Source: Gemmobacter sp. (GTDB taxonomy: Bacteria; Pseudomonadota; Alphaproteobacteria; Rhodobacterales; Rhodobacteraceae). Taken from it: a stretch of 64,000 nt of DNA. Within the stretch, counting starts at the first letter, position 1. Each line of letters opens with the position of its first letter. Below, piece after piece: positions 62,550-64,000 of this stretch. A model generated the notes under the pieces. The model had not been told where the DNA came from and did not search any database. It saw only the letters and a list, made by a program, of their open reading frames with translations. The stretch lies in the NCBI RefSeq assembly GCF_046292685.1, contig NZ_JBKBQM010000009.1, positions 1,242-65,241 of the forward strand, written 5' to 3'. The translations under genes were made by a program, and so were the position numbers.

Positions 62550-63083
62550 TTACTTCTTCTTGCCTTCCTTGCGGAAGATGAACTCGCCCTTGTAGCGGAT
62601 GCCCTTGCCCTTGTAGGGCTCCGGGCGCTTCCACTCGCGGATGTTCGCGGCGGTCTGGCCGACCAGCTGCTGGTCGATGCCTTCCACCACGATTTCCGTC
62701 TGCTTGGGCGACGTGACGGTGACACCGGCCGGCGGGGTGAACACCACTTCGTGGCTATAACCCACCGACAGCTTCAGCGCGTTGCCCTGCATCGCGGCGC
62801 GATAGCCGACGCCCTGGATTTCCAGCTCCGACTTGAAGCCGGTGGTGACGCCGGTGACGAGGTTCGCCACCATCGACCGCGACATGCCCCACATGGAGCG
62901 GGCGCGCTTCGAGGTGCCGCGCGGCGTGACCTTGACGGCGGTGCCGTCGATGGTCAGCGCCACGTCGTCGGGGGCGGTAAAGCTGCGGGCACCCTTGGGG
63001 CCCTTCACTTCGATGGTCTGGCCGGACAGGGAGGCAGTAACCCCCTTGGGCAGCTCGACCGGCTTTTTCCCAATACGAGACAT
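62550..63083 (-). CDS. rplF: 50S ribosomal protein L6
   Basis: [27 protein letters not shown]. Confidence 0.98.
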   Translation of the reverse strand: MSRIGKKPVELPKGVTASLSGQTIEVKGPKGARSFTAPDDVALTIDGTAVKVTPRGTSKRARSMWGMSRSMVANLVTGVTTGFKSELEIQGVGYRAAMQGNALKLSVGYSHEVVFTPPAGVTVTSPKQTEIVVEGIDQQLVGQTAANIREWKRPEPYKGKGIRYKGEFIFRKEGKKK

Positions 63084-63093
63084 CCCACCCTCC

Positions 63094-63492
63094 TCAGAAC
63101 ACGGTGCAAAGCACTTCGCCGCCGACATTGGCAGCGCGCGCATTTGCGTCCGACATCACGCCTTTCGGCGTCGAGACGATGGAAACGCCCAGGCCGTTGC
63201 GGACCGCCGGGATTTCCTTGACGCCCATGTAGACGCGGCGACCGGGCTTGGACACCCGCTTGATCTCGCGGATCACGGGGGTGCCTTCGAAGTATTTCAG
63301 GCTGATTTCCAGCGCGGGCTGACCGTTGGCATCGGTCGTGCGCTCGTAGCCGCGGATGTAGCCTTCGGCCGACAGCACATCCAGCACCCAGGCGCGCAGT
63401 TTCGAAGCCGGCGTGGTCACGGTGGACTTGCCGCGCATCTGCGCGTTACGGATGCGGGTCAGCATATCGCCGAGCGGATCGTTCATCGACAT
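63094..63492 (-). CDS. rpsH: 30S ribosomal protein S8
   Basis: [34 protein letters not shown]. Confidence 0.98.
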   Translation of the reverse strand: MSMNDPLGDMLTRIRNAQMRGKSTVTTPASKLRAWVLDVLSAEGYIRGYERTTDANGQPALEISLKYFEGTPVIREIKRVSKPGRRVYMGVKEIPAVRNGLGVSIVSTPKGVMSDANARAANVGGEVLCTVF

Positions 63493-63502
63493 GTGATCCT
63501 CC

Positions 63503-63808
63503 TTACCAGCTCGACTTCACCATGCCCGGGATCTGGCCGAACGAGGCCAGTTCGCGCAGCATGATCCGCGACAGTTTCAGCTTGCGATAGAAGGCGTGCG
63601 GACGCCCGGTCAGTTCGCAGCGGTTATGCAGCCGGGTGGCCGACGAGTTGCGCGGCAGTGCGGCCAGCTTCAGGCTGGCACGGAACCGTTCTTCCATCGG
63701 TTTCGACTGGTCCTTGACGATTTCCTTCAGCGCGGCCCGCTTGGGAGCGTAGAGCTTCACCAGCTTCGCGCGCTTCTTCTCCCGTTCGACCATGGAGACT
63801 TTTGCCAT
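63503..63808 (-). CDS. rpsN: 30S ribosomal protein S14 (long, Zn-free type)
   Basis: [31 protein letters not shown]. Confidence 0.98.
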   Translation of the reverse strand: MAKVSMVEREKKRAKLVKLYAPKRAALKEIVKDQSKPMEERFRASLKLAALPRNSSATRLHNRCELTGRPHAFYRKLKLSRIMLRELASFGQIPGMVKSSW

Positions 63809-63826
63809 TGTCCTGTCCTCGCGCGA

Positions 63827-64000
63827 TCAGTTGATGAAGGGCATGTTGAAATGCTTCAACAGCGCCTTGGCTTCCGCATCGGTCTTCGCGGTGGTGCAGA
63901 TGATGATGTCCATCCCGAGGATCTCGTCGACCTTGTCGAAGTCGATCTCGGGGAACACGATGTGTTCCTTCAGGCCCATCGCGTAGTTGCCGCGGCCGTC
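63827..64000 (-). CDS. rplE: 50S ribosomal protein L5, 3' end only
   Basis: Manual translation [57 protein letters not shown]. Confidence 0.95.
   Translation of the reverse strand, partial: DGRGNYAMGLKEHIVFPEIDFDKVDEILGMDIIICTTAKTDAEAKALLKHFNMPFIN

Overview
High-GC alphaproteobacterial chromosomal segment; gene content and order point to Rhodobacteraceae/Paracoccaceae (inference). It is mostly housekeeping: ecm/ccr (ethylmalonyl-CoA pathway), clpB, a split fabA...fabB-fabI cluster, uvrB, split mnmC, dnaN-recF-gyrB without dnaA, rnhA, degP-like protease, and the spc/alpha ribosomal operons. The most striking element is a minus-strand three-gene unit at about 46.2-48.7 kb. It encodes a 115-aa protein (18-aa leader plus five 20-aa repeats with the invariant core GxAV[EQ]M[FM]SSAS), followed by a perfect hairpin, an uncharacterised ~357-aa protein and a translationally coupled DMT/EamA transporter. 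This looks like a multi-core RiPP-like peptide system with an unknown maturase (inference). Other points of interest: six copies of an asymmetric intergenic repeat (GC hairpin plus GGATATTT-NNN-CAAGGTGAA), a dioxygenase-FAH-nitrilase-flavin reductase operon with a perfect 20-bp palindrome abutting its -35, an orphan imuA with a LexA box, an in-frame but degenerating VOC gene, and an RraB-like gene inserted in the spc operon. No rRNA, tRNA, CRISPR array or transposase was recognised. All family assignments come from motif recognition by eye; no database searches were run.
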